A DNA stretch of 52,804 nt, taken from assembly GCF_031769215.1 (NCBI RefSeq), contig NW_026782145.1, positions 1,178,001 to 1,230,804 of the forward strand, in the 5' to 3' direction. Below are positions 1 through 12,600 of the stretch, piece after piece. The position numbers and the translations under genes are program-made. A model generated the notes under the pieces. That model ran no database searches and was not told the DNA's origin. It was given only the letters and a program-made list of their open reading frames with translations. Every line of letters begins with the position of its first letter. The first letter of the stretch is position 1. The stretch is from Ylistrum balloti (lineage: Eukaryota).

Positions 1-1830
1 TCAGGAGAAATCTTGTTAAAATTTTTAAAAACTTCACAAGCCATCAACTTCATCCTATTAATATGCAGGAAAGAAGTATTAGCATCTGTTAGCAGTTTTT
101 TTTGAGGTCGAAGGTGTAATCATTAAAAAGAAAACGCAAGCGTTTCGGCAACCAGGAAAATGAAAAAACTTCAAGAAAGGTCTTGCACCTTTTCCATTTT
201 CCTGGTTGCCGAGACGCTGCAGAAATTCCAAACAAGGGGACAGTAATTAAAATTCGACAATACAAAACTCTTGTAAATTAACATTTTAACAGATTTAGAT
301 AAAAAAAAATGTCCAATCCTCTTCAGAACTGCAAACTGTTTGGAGGCTTGTCTACAAATAAAAGAGATATATTTATAAAACTTCAATTAAAAATCTATCT
401 CAACACCTAAAAGTTTAACACTATCTTCACAAACTATAGTGGAATTGCCTATTGTGAAGTGATGGAGGGCTTTCTTTCCTAAACATATTGACTGACCATT
501 CTATCAGTAATGCTGCCTCTCTCTCTAACACCTCTTTCAGACTTTCAATACTTTTGTTAAAATAACCCAGAGTGTTACCATCAGCATAATTGTACAAAGT
601 AGCCTCCTTCATACAGTAAACGATATCATTAATACAAATATTGAAAATAAGCGGCCCAAGGATCGATCCCTAGGGTACCCCTTTGATGAGAGCCATCCAC
701 TCGCTGGTGTTGCCTCCCATCCTCACCCACTGCATCCTGTTTCCTAGGTAGCTACTCATGAGACTAACAGCCTCAGTCGATAACCCATAAGATGAGAGCT
801 TTCCGAGGAACAGGTCATGAGGAAGACAGCCGAAGGCCTTGGAAAGAATGGATAAGAATGGCCCCAACATAGTTGTGACCGTCCAAGACCTGACGCCAGT
901 CTTCCATCATGCGCAGCAGGGTGGTCTGACACCCGAAACCGGTCATATAGGCCGCTAAAAAGGGATGAAATATGTTGTTAAAAAATGTTGACAGCTAATC
1001 ATGCAGAATTCTTTCAAAAATTTTTGAAATACTATGAAGTATGCTGATTGGTCTGTAATTACTAAGGATCATTTTGCTTGAAAAGTGGAGTCACTTGAGC
1101 ATACTTCAGACGGTCTGGGAAAATACACTTGCTAATAGAGAAAATTAGAAAATTCGGAAGAGAAGGACTAATAGAATCAGAACAAGACTTCAGAATTCTG
1201 CATGATATGCCGTCAACGCCTGTAGCTTTTTCTTTGGCAATTTGGATAAAACTTTACGCACTTCACTATCTGCAACGGGGGAAAAGAGAGACCAGAAGAA
1301 GAGGATACAAGGTTCTGAATATTAACTATACTGTTGTGCGTTTCCATATCTACATTTTCCAAATCCTGACCAATATTCTCAGCAATAGTACTAAAATGAA
1401 TATTAAAAGTTTCACAAACAGTTTTTTTGGTCAGTTAAAACTATTTTCACATAATAAAATGTCGTTGTCTCCAGCTACAGACTTCTTTGATAAAAGGCTT
1501 GATGGTGGGCCAAAAGTCCTTAGACTTAGGTCCATCACAGCATCTGGATCTAAAATATTGCGTAATTGATTGTTTATTAAGTTTATTTACAAAATTTCTC
1601 TGCTGCCTGTACTTTTCCCAATTTTCTGTAGTTTTGTGATACAATATTTATTAAAAAAAAACCCATGCGTTTCCTGTAAATAGCCCGCCATAACTTACCA
1701 TTCATATATGGAAGTCTGCTGGTTCTATTACGTCTCTCTTTCATAGGAGCATGCCCTTGCCCTTTGCTTTTGAGAGATTTCTTTCTGTTTAACAAATCAT
1801 AAAATGCTATTGGACTTTTTTTTTTTTTTT
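1..1830 (-). mobile_element. Decayed CR1/L2-group non-LTR retrotransposon ORF2 (linker, reverse transcriptase and C-terminus), continuing off the left edge
   Basis: Minus-strand translation across stops and frameshifts gives the RT motifs in order: HAPMKERRNRTSRLPYMN..NWEKYRQQRNFVNKL..KDFWPTIKP (1447-1795), KATGVDGISCRIL, FPDRLKYAQVTPLFK, NYRPISILHSISKIFE (~990-1230), GCQTTLLRMMEDW, LSKAFGCLPHDL, KGVP, YADGNTL (degenerate YADD), LIYKSFVLSNFNYCPLVWNFC and LRFLFND. Confidence 0.9.
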
Positions 1831-2640
1831 ATAGTCAAGTTGTCTGGCCATGTATAAGTCCGTGGTAGAGCAGTAAAGGCCCCGACATGGTAATTTTGTA
1901 AATACCGCGGAGACCAGATTACATCAACTGCTTTTTTTCTGAAAAAGAAAGATATTCTCACTACCAATAGTTATCTATGATTTAGCCATATAGGTGTTTC
2001 ATGGGAAAATTTCTAACCATCCAAAAACTTCTAATCATAATAGGGTTTAAACATATGTAAGTACATCAAAGCATTGCAGTTTTAATGTAGTTATGAGGCA
2101 GAAGAGAATCCACAATAAATCAAAATACACATTTATCGATAAACTTACACTTTTTTTTCTAAGCATGGTTTAGAAAGAAACCTATAGGGAAGGGAGGGAG
2201 AGAGAGATTGGGTGTGGAAAGAAAATCTCACAGAAAGTTAAGGAACAAGATCTACATACACAGGTAAGTGATCAAAAAGCCCCATAATATAAAAATGAAT
2301 AAACTCTTGTATAATTTGCTGATTATATATTTGTATGGTTTACTTTCTGGCAAAACATGCTGCAAGCATCCAAGTAACCGAATGATAATTGTTCCGTCAC
2401 CGTGTTTTGGGTTTTACTTAATCACACCCTTTCTGTTCGGAATAACTCTCCTTCTTTAGTAAATGACGAGCAATGCAGCATGAATTTTGTTGCAACCATT
2501 TTTCTCACCGGTTTATATATGAATGTCATATTTAATAAAGATGAATGGGGTTTAAAACAATGTAATAATTTGATTCAGAATATCCTTTTAATATCCATTC
2601 GCAGACGTGTCTGCAGTGAAAATGGTTTGTTTTTATTTAG

Positions 2641-2700
2641 GTCACGTGACAAACCCAACCGACCAATCACATCGAAACAGTGTCATTCAAACATTCCCGA
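2641..2700 (+). promoter_or_regulatory. Candidate proximal promoter of the CKS gene
   Basis: Palindromic E-box GTCACGTGAC 2641-2650, CCAAT 2663-2667, TTCAAA (reverse CHR) 2686-2691 and E2F/CDE-like TTCCCG 2694-2699, all within 110 bp of the ATG at 2750. Function is inferred. Confidence 0.45.
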
Positions 2701-2749
2701 ACTTCGTAGATCAGCAGAGGCTCTCCTGTCGTGGCAATATAAGACAGTC

Positions 2750-4906
2750 ATGGCTCACAAAAGCATTTATTATTCAGATAAATATACAGATGATACTTAT
2801 GAATACAGGTACGTAAATTACGAGATACCTTGCCATAATGAATTTCCAAAAAGTGTGTTGTCAACCAGAGCGCCGCCTCACGTGTTGTGTTTAGACATGT
2901 TTCAACACTGGCCATTCGGACATTTGTTCATGATGGTCACACGTTCTCTTGTTCAGTTTTAACTTTGATTCGTGGTATGATTATCCCCAAAGATTAAAAA
3001 TGTCATTTCCCACAACCCTCTTATGATGAAGATATTAAAGCAAATTAACGACCGTATAATAAAAGGTTCCAAAGAAAGTTGAGTTTGAAAAATCAATAAC
3101 AATGTAGAGATTATGATTTTAGTTAACCCTTATTATACAGTAAGCTAGTTAGTAGTTATAGAAACTGTTTACCATATTATCTAATGCTTATTTCAGGCAT
3201 GTTGTGTTACCAAAGGAAATAGCAAAGCTTGTTCCCAAACACTTGATGTCGGAAACAGAGTGGAGAGGTTTGGGAGTTCAGCAGAGCCAGGGATGGATAC
3301 ACTACATGAAACATGAACCAGGTACCCAGTGATGGCATTGATAAAAAATCTAGGGGTCCATTCACAGGGAAATTCTCATGTTCTCAACTATAATAGGTTG
3401 GGTGCAACCCCTCATATGAGTAATGGTCCTGCATTTGAGGGATAGTTACCTCTTTGAGTGTAACAAAATAGGGTTTAGATATATTGTTACAAAATGTGGT
3501 TTCGATATAAGTGTAACCCAGATACATAAGTCAGTAATCTTTGGCTGACTGGTTGTAGGACTGCCTTTGGAAATGCCCACCGCATCAAAGATAAAAACTC
3601 TGAAACGTGTATTAGGCAATCTAATACTCAACTGATGGAGCATTAGATTGTTGCATCTCCATCTATAAGATCTTATAGAGTATGGATAAAATGAGGGGAG
3701 TTTTGGGTGTGGGAGAGAGCTCACTAGCCCTATGGACGGACGGGGAGATAGCTCACTAGCCCTATGGACGGACGGGGAGATAACTCACTAGCCCTGTGGA
3801 GAGACGGGGAAAGAACTCACTAGTCAGACTAACTAGACTGGACAGACAGGTTACACCATGATGAACAGAATGAGGAGTGGATAGTTAAGTGTATACTTTA
3901 GAAGTACTGTTTTTTACAGGGACAGTTCCGATACGAGACACAACGTGAAGTACTAGTATGAGTATATGAACTCTGTATGTTGATGAGATGTTGCTTTTGT
4001 ACATGTAACATTATTATTGTTCAACATGTAATAAACATGGCTATTACCAACAAGTACATGTGTTTACACCTACTGTGCTACATGATTAATCAGTTAGTAT
4101 TATAAATGCAGTCATTCTGAAATAAAACATTTAAAAAATTTTAACAAAAAAGGGAGTCATCTTTTTTTATATGACCATTAACCAATGTGACAATTTGAGT
4201 AACTAAATGATTAATAAAAGCGGTAATTAACTATACCTCAGATGCAGGACTATTACCCAAATGAAGGACTGTGCCCAACCTGTGGTATATAGGAAACAAC
4301 TGTATGTGTAGCTTATACAATAGTTTTCTATGTGTAGCTTTTATTGTATAAAGGTGTATTAGCAATGAAGTGGTCCTCAGTGTGTTGTCTGTCTCATTAC
4401 CATCGTTGATAAGCCAGGTCACAATCACTTTTGCTCTCTGCACCCCTGGAACATAGGGCAAAATTCAAGGTACAATGCCACAAGCAAAGTCATTTGATTG
4501 GTTCCAGGAGAAAAAAACTGACCAGCCACAATCTTCCTTTTGAAGAGTACAAAGGAGTGACCTAGATTCATTTGATGTACACAAAAAAAATGAAACAAGT
4601 CTTCTCCACAAAGTGGTGCACATGGAACCTCCAATTTTGCCATGACCTGTTCCAGAGGTACAGAGAGCGAAAGCGATTGTAATGCCTGTAGTATCAAGGA
4701 TGTCTTGTTATATATTGGAATACTTCACAATAACATGTGTCAAACAATAGACAGCCTAAGTGTCTGTATATATCTAAAAAAAAAAAAAACATTGCACAGA
4801 GTCCAACACAATATTTTACTAATGCTGATGTGTTCCAATTTCAGAACCTCACATTCTTCTGTTTCGGCGTGGTCTACCGATGATGCAGACAAACACCTGT
4901 TCATGA
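2750..4906 (+). CDS. CKS1: Cyclin-dependent kinases regulatory subunit (CKS1/CKS2 family), 81 aa, 3 exons
   Basis: join(2750..2808,3197..3321,4845..4906), all GT-AG. Protein: [81 protein letters not shown]. It carries the family motifs IYYSDKY, YEYRHV, GVQQSxGW and [18 protein letters not shown] at 5392-5397. Confidence 0.97.
3711..3823. repeat. Minisatellite, 32-bp unit, ~3.5 copies, in CKS intron 2
   Basis: Unit GCTCACTAGCCCTATGGACGGACGGGGAGATA; two near-identical copies followed by diverged ones. Confidence 0.85.
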
Positions 4907-7029
4907 TCCTGAAATCTACTGTTATCATTTCCATCACCGTTATCATGAAATTCATTCATCATTACAAACCATTCCTGATCATTCTTCTCTGGGACATTGG
5001 AAACAAATTCTTCCTCATCAAGTGACTGCTGAGAGGCTGATACACATTGTGAAGTGTAATTGCTTGTTACACTTTATATAAAGGTTTTCCAGAAAGTTAT
5101 CCTGTCAGGAATGTATCAGAAAAAAGTCAGCTGTGTTGAACATGGTATTGTATTTGTATTTACACATTAAATTGTATGAATTTGTAAAGAATGTTCTTGA
5201 ATCTTATAATTGATAAAGAAAACTTGAACTAAAATTCAAAATTCAGTTAAAATGAAAATTGACCTTAAATCTTCTGTTATTTACTTGAATTTATCAGCAT
5301 ATTGAATCAAAAATGTATATCTTAATAATGTATTGTAATGAGACAAGTATCTATTGTAGTAAAGACTAATGTGGTGATTCAAAATGACTTTAATAAAGTT
5401 TTATTGTTCTGCAAGGGTGTGAGAGGATGATATGGCCATGCTAGGCACTGATTGAAATGTTTTGTGAAAGAGAATTTGAGATAATGTGTTGAAACGTTTA
5501 AAGGAATAAAAAGTAAGCATGGATACTGTAAAACACTGTCTACTTCAGAATGAACTGTGAGCATACACTCCCTGAACAGGTGAAATTTCAGACATTAGTT
5601 ATATAATGGACTGAAACTATTAAAATATGTTGAAAATATCTACCTTCAAACATATCAGGATGAAAATGATCCATTAATATAATTAGAGAGTTTTGAAAAG
5701 TGTTTGATGCTCATTTAATTTATTTGAAATTATGTTAGAAAAAAATTATCCTTCTTATTGATGAAGGTTGTGACTGGTTTATTCAAATCAAAAATAGAAC
5801 AGTGGTTTGGTATCTTTAATTTGTAAATTCCTTAAATTCTTGACTTATTTAGGTATTGACAGAAAATGAGATTGTTCTGCAAATATCAAAATGCAACATC
5901 TGCAAATTTTTCAAGCATGAATTTGATATTTTATAAAGAATACCACACCAGCTGTACAACTACTAATTGAGCTCAATGAAAATCATTTTATGAATGTGGC
6001 AATACCACTCCTAACACCCTGGTATCATGTCGGTAATATAAACTACAGGCTGTTTGTTAAAAGACAAAGAAAACAATTTTTTTTAATGTGTGCTTATACA
6101 AACATGTTAATACAGTAGATGAATGAAGTCACATTATGTATTCATATGTAGATTCATGTGTGATTTAAGGGTTTTGTGCAAATAGTATCATATTTTGATT
6201 ACAAATAACTTGTATTGTGCTACTAAAGCAGGTTATTTTAGGTGCATACACGTAGACAAGTGTCAAACTACTAGCTCTACATATATAGTGACTGTAATGT
6301 CTGCCAGGGACATGTACATACCAAAATTCTCTTGTTAATATCAACATGACCTGTTCTGGAATATTGTTGATTTAGATGTTGCTGTCTGGTAACATCCAAA
6401 CATGAATTATAATAATTGATACTGATTGTATATCTTTGTGTTCACTAAGGCTCATATACAAAATCCACATATTTATACTCACTATGAGCTACAGACTATC
6501 AGTCTATAGACATTCAATAGCAAATATTAAAGTGATGGTCCTTACAGCAGAGCTTTATTGTGATAGCTCATTTTATAAAAAAAAAAAAAGAAAAAGAAAA
6601 AACAACTCACTAACCTCAAAGAGTATACAAATGATCAAACTTGTTTGTGCTTGTTAGATATTGGAATACAATTATCAAGGGATGATAAAAAAAAGTTTTA
6701 CAGGTTTGGATTTCTTATGTAATCATATAGATAAGACCCAATATAACATGGACAGGTTTACTGTTTTCTTAGTCGCTGGTAAATCACATATAGGTTGTGT
6801 TGTCTAGGCTTTTCTTACTCAAGATCACTGTTCCTACTCGGCAGGTATGCCTATCTTAATGTGATGTTATATAGGCTTAATAAGTTATTGTTTTTGAAAA
6901 TATTTTGCCAAATATAGTCTTGTTAAAATCCAGATGTTTATATGAAGTTGAAGGACACGACATTATTATATCAATACTGTATATGTTACCGATAAATATT
7001 TGTATAATCATAATTTTCCTGTTTATTTC

Positions 7030-7330
7030 ATTATTGTTCAGGTTCTCTTGTTTTTCTTACCACTGATTTTAAAACTTTTTGTTGCACTACAAGAATTCAA
7101 AGTTTGACCAGGTTTATTCCGCTTGCCCTGACAGTAATTTTCGAGATTTGAAAAAATCAAAGATTGAAAGTCTGATGTACTCTGGTATATGAATTGTATT
7201 ACTCTCATATTTTTTTCCTTTCGTGATTTCTCCTTCCTCATTTGTTCTTGAGTGTAATCATCTTACAATATTCTATTACTATCCTATTGTTTCTGATCTT
7301 TTGTAAATACATATCTCTTTCCTACTTGAA
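7030..7330 (-). mobile_element. Possible heavily decayed L1/Tx1-type LINE fragment
   Basis: Minus-strand frames give TQEQ..EGEIT..SIFDFFK, reminiscent of the EGEIT..KSPG.DG..EFFK segment before the RT of L1/Tx1 ORF2. Many disruptions; weak. Confidence 0.25.
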
Positions 7331-7688
7331 CATTTTGAATTTGACAAATAAATTTTGATGTACATTATTTCTTGTTGTTTTAATTGATGATCTGGTACAA
7401 GTAAAGGGTTGATATTTTATGAACTCTGGACTAGCCATGAAGATGTCACACAATGAAGGCAACACTAATCATGATTTAGTATGTGTTTGACAATGAACAT
7501 AGTAATAAGGCCTTAACTCATTTTTTCCAATACAATTTTATCTACTCTATCTACTGATGTAGTACCATTGATTCTTCTAGGGATGTCCGTGCATCAGAAA
7601 GTAAAATTATGATGCTTGACCTACAAGAAGGAAAAAGTTTGGGCCCTATCTCCTTCAGTGCTAATCATCTGAACCTTCATAATTTACA

Positions 7689-8270
7689 TTTTTAGGTCAC
7701 CTGAGACAAAGTCTCATGGTGACCTATTAGCATACCCTTCATCTGGGTTCGTGCGTCCATAAACAATTTAACACTTTCCTTTCTCGAAAACCTCAAATCC
7801 AATTTCAATGAAATTTTGGAGAAACCTTGTCTGGCTTATGATGAACCAAAATTGTGAATTACACAGTCCCCATCCCCTGGGGCATGAGGGGGAGGCAAAA
7901 AGGGGACAAATTGACTCAGATTTCAAAAATCTTCTTCTTAAGATCCAGATATGGTAGAATCAATTACTCTTCATGAAAGGAAACATGGTGCTTTAATTAC
8001 CAAAATGGGTCTAACATTTCTTCCTGTGGAGGAATATTTTTTTTAGACTTTACTGTAACTTTTCATAGAAAAATTGTATTTTCAAGCTTAACGTTGCTTA
8101 TTTCCCACTGTAAATAACTATAAGAATTATCAGTATAGGATGACAGTTTTGATGGAATGCATGTATTGATAAGGTCTATATTTAGTGTCACAATTTCTGT
8201 TTCATGACACTTGATAACTATCCTTTATTTAACCTTTATATTCGATATTGCTTATCTCAGGTGGCCTGAA
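7689..8270 (+). mobile_element. Non-autonomous Helentron/HINE-like interspersed element
   Basis: Begins in a T-run with the subterminal hairpin TAGGTCACC-TGAGAC-AAA-GTCTCA-T-GGTGACCTA (7693-7726). The body resembles bivalve HINE-type repeats and ends near CTCAGGTG (~8258). Family assignment is from recalled bivalve repeat structure. Confidence 0.55.
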
Positions 8271-8699
8271 AAAGAAGTTTGTCTGGACCCTACAATACTA
8301 ATCACAGAGAACTGAAATGGAGTAAATTGTTAGATTTCGTTTACTTTTTTCTTTGCATTTGATTTCAGGCAAGCATTGAAATACTTCAATCGGGCTATTC
8401 ACAAGATTATAGTTTTTTTTGGGAAAAAGATTATCAGAGTCAGGCTAACACTCGTCGACAGTGTTTTAACCTGCCACTTTGTTTCTGAATTTTCGTGCAT
8501 CACCCATGCACAAAGACATGTTTACTAACTTTAAACGATAATGATTTGAAGCAATGTTGGGTTGCTATTTTTTTTATTCCTGTTGTTTTGGACATTTTCA
8601 ATAAAATGGTTAAGCAAACTTTGAATATAGTTAACACAGTGCACAAATTTTAACAGATATTTAAATGTTACAATGTTTTTTATCAGTTAGGAAATGACA

Positions 8700-9030
8700 T
8701 CTATCCATTTAAGACTTGAAATATATGTTCAACTTGGTTGAATTTGATACATGTACCTGGGATATGGGTTCACCTTGTGAGACTGTGTTTGATAACAAAA
8801 GTAGATCACTCTGACCATCATCTTGACCTACATCAAAGGATAAGCTTGTTAAGGTCCAATCTCCTACATTGGGTTCACCTTGGTGAGGTGGTGTGTCAGT
8901 ATCAAAGTAGGTCACTCTGACTTGCATTTTGAATTTTGACCTACATCAAACGAAATGTTTGTCCAGAGTCTACACTACTACAGGTCACTGGAAGTTCATA
9001 CTTGTTGTATGGGGTCATCTTGGTGAGACA
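8700..9030. repeat. Degenerate HINE-type core repeats
   Basis: Recurring GGTTCACCTTGGTGAG / GTAGGTCACTCTGAC..TTGACCTACATCAAA blocks at roughly 110-140-bp spacing. Confidence 0.5.
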
Positions 9031-9667
9031 ATTAGTTGGCAGGGAAATGGTTGCCGTATTGTCTTGTTCTAAAAAGGTTCAAGTTGTATTAATGTCTTTT
9101 TAAAAAAAGCTGCGACTCATCATTGGGAAACTGAACACCTTTTGTTGTAACCTGATTCAGTGGTAGGGGAAACTGATTTGTATTTCATACCAGAGTCTAA
9201 TTGTGTTGGATCTGCACCATCCTCATCTATTGCTTATTTATATAACTAAGTGATAATAGTACAATTTTTATCTGGGGATCGGTCAACACAGGTCACATTT
9301 TCAGCTGCAAAGTGTACAGTTTAGATTTCGTGATCAATCGTGAATCATTCATAACTACATACATGTACTAGAACAGAGAAAGAAGGAAAACAAATACCAA
9401 AGTGTTTCAATATTTATTTGGATATATATTAAGATGATAAACTTAGACCACCATACGATCAATGTAAACAGTGGTTTTATAGATCACAGAAAATCAGTGT
9501 TCATTTTTGTTCACAGGTTAGAAAGTATAGGTACAAAATCCAAAAACACCTGGTAAATGTTTTTTAAAAATTCAAATTGACATTTAAGTTATCTGTAAAA
9601 TTATTTCTGATACAAAAGTATGTAAAAATATTGCACTTCAATATAAACAAAAGCATGTTCGTTAGAT

Positions 9668-12600
9668 TCAGCATTCAGTGATCAGAGGACAAATGAACTC
9701 TGAATGGCGGATACCGAGAGAGTGCTGTGGGGGAGCCTGCTTGTTGATGCTGACTCTCTCAGGGCTGTGTTGTCCAGGACCTGGTTTCTTAGTGTTGTCT
9801 CCTGGCATGTAACTTCTGCTCCTCATTGAATACAGCGGAGCCTTGACCATGTAGCTATCTGGATGGGTTCCATTGTACTGGCCTGGCCCTGGGGCCTTGG
9901 CCAAATCCTCTAGATAACTACCTATGTCTTGTCGGCTGGACATGAAGTACGCAGGAGGTGCTGGCTTATTTGGCTGTTTATTACCAAGGACTGGAGGTAG
10001 GCAGTATTTATTGGGAGAGGGGTTCTGGTCTCTCTGTCGATACGGAGTTCTGGCAGAGATGGAATATCTGGCTGCGTGTCTCTCACCCTGTGGGTGTACC
10101 TTTTCTGGGGAGTAGGCTCCTGGGGATGGAGTCTTGAAGGTGTCTGTAATTCAGTATCCAATGATATGTTAGTTTGTAATACAATACATCTAAAGATTAT
10201 ATTGTTGTGAAATGTTTTCTCCAGGTTGGTAAGTACAGCATATATTTATTAAATTGTAGTTCTTATCGCAATGAAAAATTGAATTTTTGTGTCACTACAA
10301 TGTCACCTTCATCAGAGAAACAGCAAGTTTGAAGCATATGGTGTATGAAACAGGAATGAAATTGACAAGAATTTTCAGTTGTATCATAATCTACATAAGA
10401 TGGAATGTGTTTTGATGAGATTGCAATAAGATTAAAGTGAAAACAGGTTGAATTGGTTAGAGACACCAGGTAACAAAGTGTAGACAAATAAACTTTTATG
10501 AGATAGTATGTTGTTACATAAACTAATGAACATTTTTTTCCTTCTGGTTGTAAGACTATTGTATTCTGAAATCAGATCGCTTACATACCCTACAAACTCA
10601 TTTGAATGTACACAATATCTAACAAGAAATTCAATGCAGGTGAGAAAAAAATGGCCTCAATTTATAATTCTTGGCCTCTAGTCATAATCTTGAGTTATCA
10701 CGCTTGGCCTTAAGTCATATTTCATGATCTTGTCTGATTTTTTTTATTTCTTGACCTCCTGTCAGAATCCCGAGTCGTAACACAGTTTCAAGTCACAACT
10801 CCTGGCCCGAAAGTCTTAACTCTTGGACTCCACTCATAATTCTTGGTCTTATTATAACAATCTGTTTTGAGATTCTTTTACAAAAAGCACTATAGGGTTA
10901 AGTCACTGTGTCCTTGGGATGAAGGGTAAATAGTCCAAATGTCATGATACCTGCTATGTTGGTGTGTTTGGTATCTACGAACATCACTACAGCTACAGAT
11001 CTAATGAGGAATGTAGAATTCTTAGATATAAGATGTAGGTAGACATGCAGTGCTGACAAAGCCTGGAAGACTTACTTGGATCATGTTGACGTCCCAACAT
11101 GGAGTAGGCAGGTGTACCATCAGTTCCGTGCCGTGTAATCCTTGGATCAATGAAGTAGGCAGGTCCTGGGCTGCTATCACTTCTGTACACTGTTAAGATT
11201 GAAGTTTTCATAGTCATTCACAAATGAAAGTGAAACCACAATAACACGTACAGATTCACTGGGATTAAATTTCATGTAAAACTACAGTCCTGTCAAAATT
11301 TATCAGAAAAGATGTGAACAGATTCATGCCATTGTCAGTCACAGTTGAAAGAAGATTTTTAAATGACATGTTTATTTTAATTTTGTGATTTACTAATTTA
11401 ATGATATTTTTAAAGTTTTACTAGAAATGCGTGGGTTTCAAGGGCAAATCTTTGTCTAACAATAAGTTTCTACTTAAGATATTTTAGTACTTTCATTACT
11501 CACTTTGCACCTGATATGACAGACAGGACTTGATTATAGATACAGCTAGTGTTCATTATAATGTTGATATTAATATGAACAAACAATTTTGATAGTTAAC
11601 TGTAAAATAAGTTTGAATAACAATGTTTTTTTTTCACATATTTCTTCATCATAGAAATATTGCTATCTGACCATTCAACCAAATATCAAACAGCAGACTC
11701 TAAACAGAGAAAATAACTTACAATCATCATACAGTCTGCGCCCAAAGGAGTAAGCAGGTTTCATCTGCTTGGTGCAGTCATGGGACATGAACCCTATAGA
11801 CGATGGGAGAGCATATCTTCCTGGACCAGGACCTGTTGGTTAGAAATATAAATGTAATGTTGTGTCTGAATTCAACTGAATACCATTTTAGATTAAAACA
11901 CAGTTTTAATTGTTTACATATATACAAAATTGGAAACAAAGGTAATCTACTTTTATGTACATGTACACAGTGTAAATAATAATAATTAATAAACAGAACA
12001 TAGAGAGACATGGAAGCTGTGAAAAAGACCTGGTTGTGACAAACATTAAATGGATGAAACTGTATAACAACATATGGGTGAAATATCAACGTAAAAACTT
12101 TATTTCATATCCAAGATAAATGAATAAGGCCTACTGCAGTAGTTAGAATGTTTAGGTATATCACAGAAAGAAAAGGTAGATATAATTGAAGTACTTCAGT
12201 TCATGCACATTTAGACTACATCTGACAATCAGGAGTTCTTTGAATGTAAAATTTATTGAATGAATAATAGAAGATATAAAATAGCGAGCAACAAAACTTG
12301 TTCCTGCATGGCTTTGCTGATCTCAGCTACTTTTGTAGGAAAGACTAACTACTTTCAGCAATCTGTCCTACCTTAAAATCTTAAATCTTAAAGTCTTATT
12401 TAATCTAAGTAATCTAAGTAATGGGGTTGGTGGGAGAAATGTAAGTGGTATTGCAATATGCCATACATACATACAATAATCTGAGGATGTAGAATAGATA
12501 TGATGCTGTATCTCTTTGTGAAGCTATACTGAAGAAATTTAGGTTCTTGCCTTGCTCTACTTAGTATAGATACCATTTTCCTCAAAAAGTACATGACTGG

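Noticed and set aside
1129-1569. 146-aa plus-strand ORF
   Set aside because: Antisense shadow of the decayed LINE ORF2; no recognisable motifs.
2402-2962. 186-aa ORF
   Set aside because: It merely reads through the promoter, CKS exon 1 ([12 protein letters not shown]..) and the intron. The GT donor at 2809 and downstream exons explain the real gene.
3662-3679. Perfect 18-bp palindrome TCTATAAGATCTTATAGA
   Set aside because: Isolated and AT-rich, with no second copy or associated structure seen.
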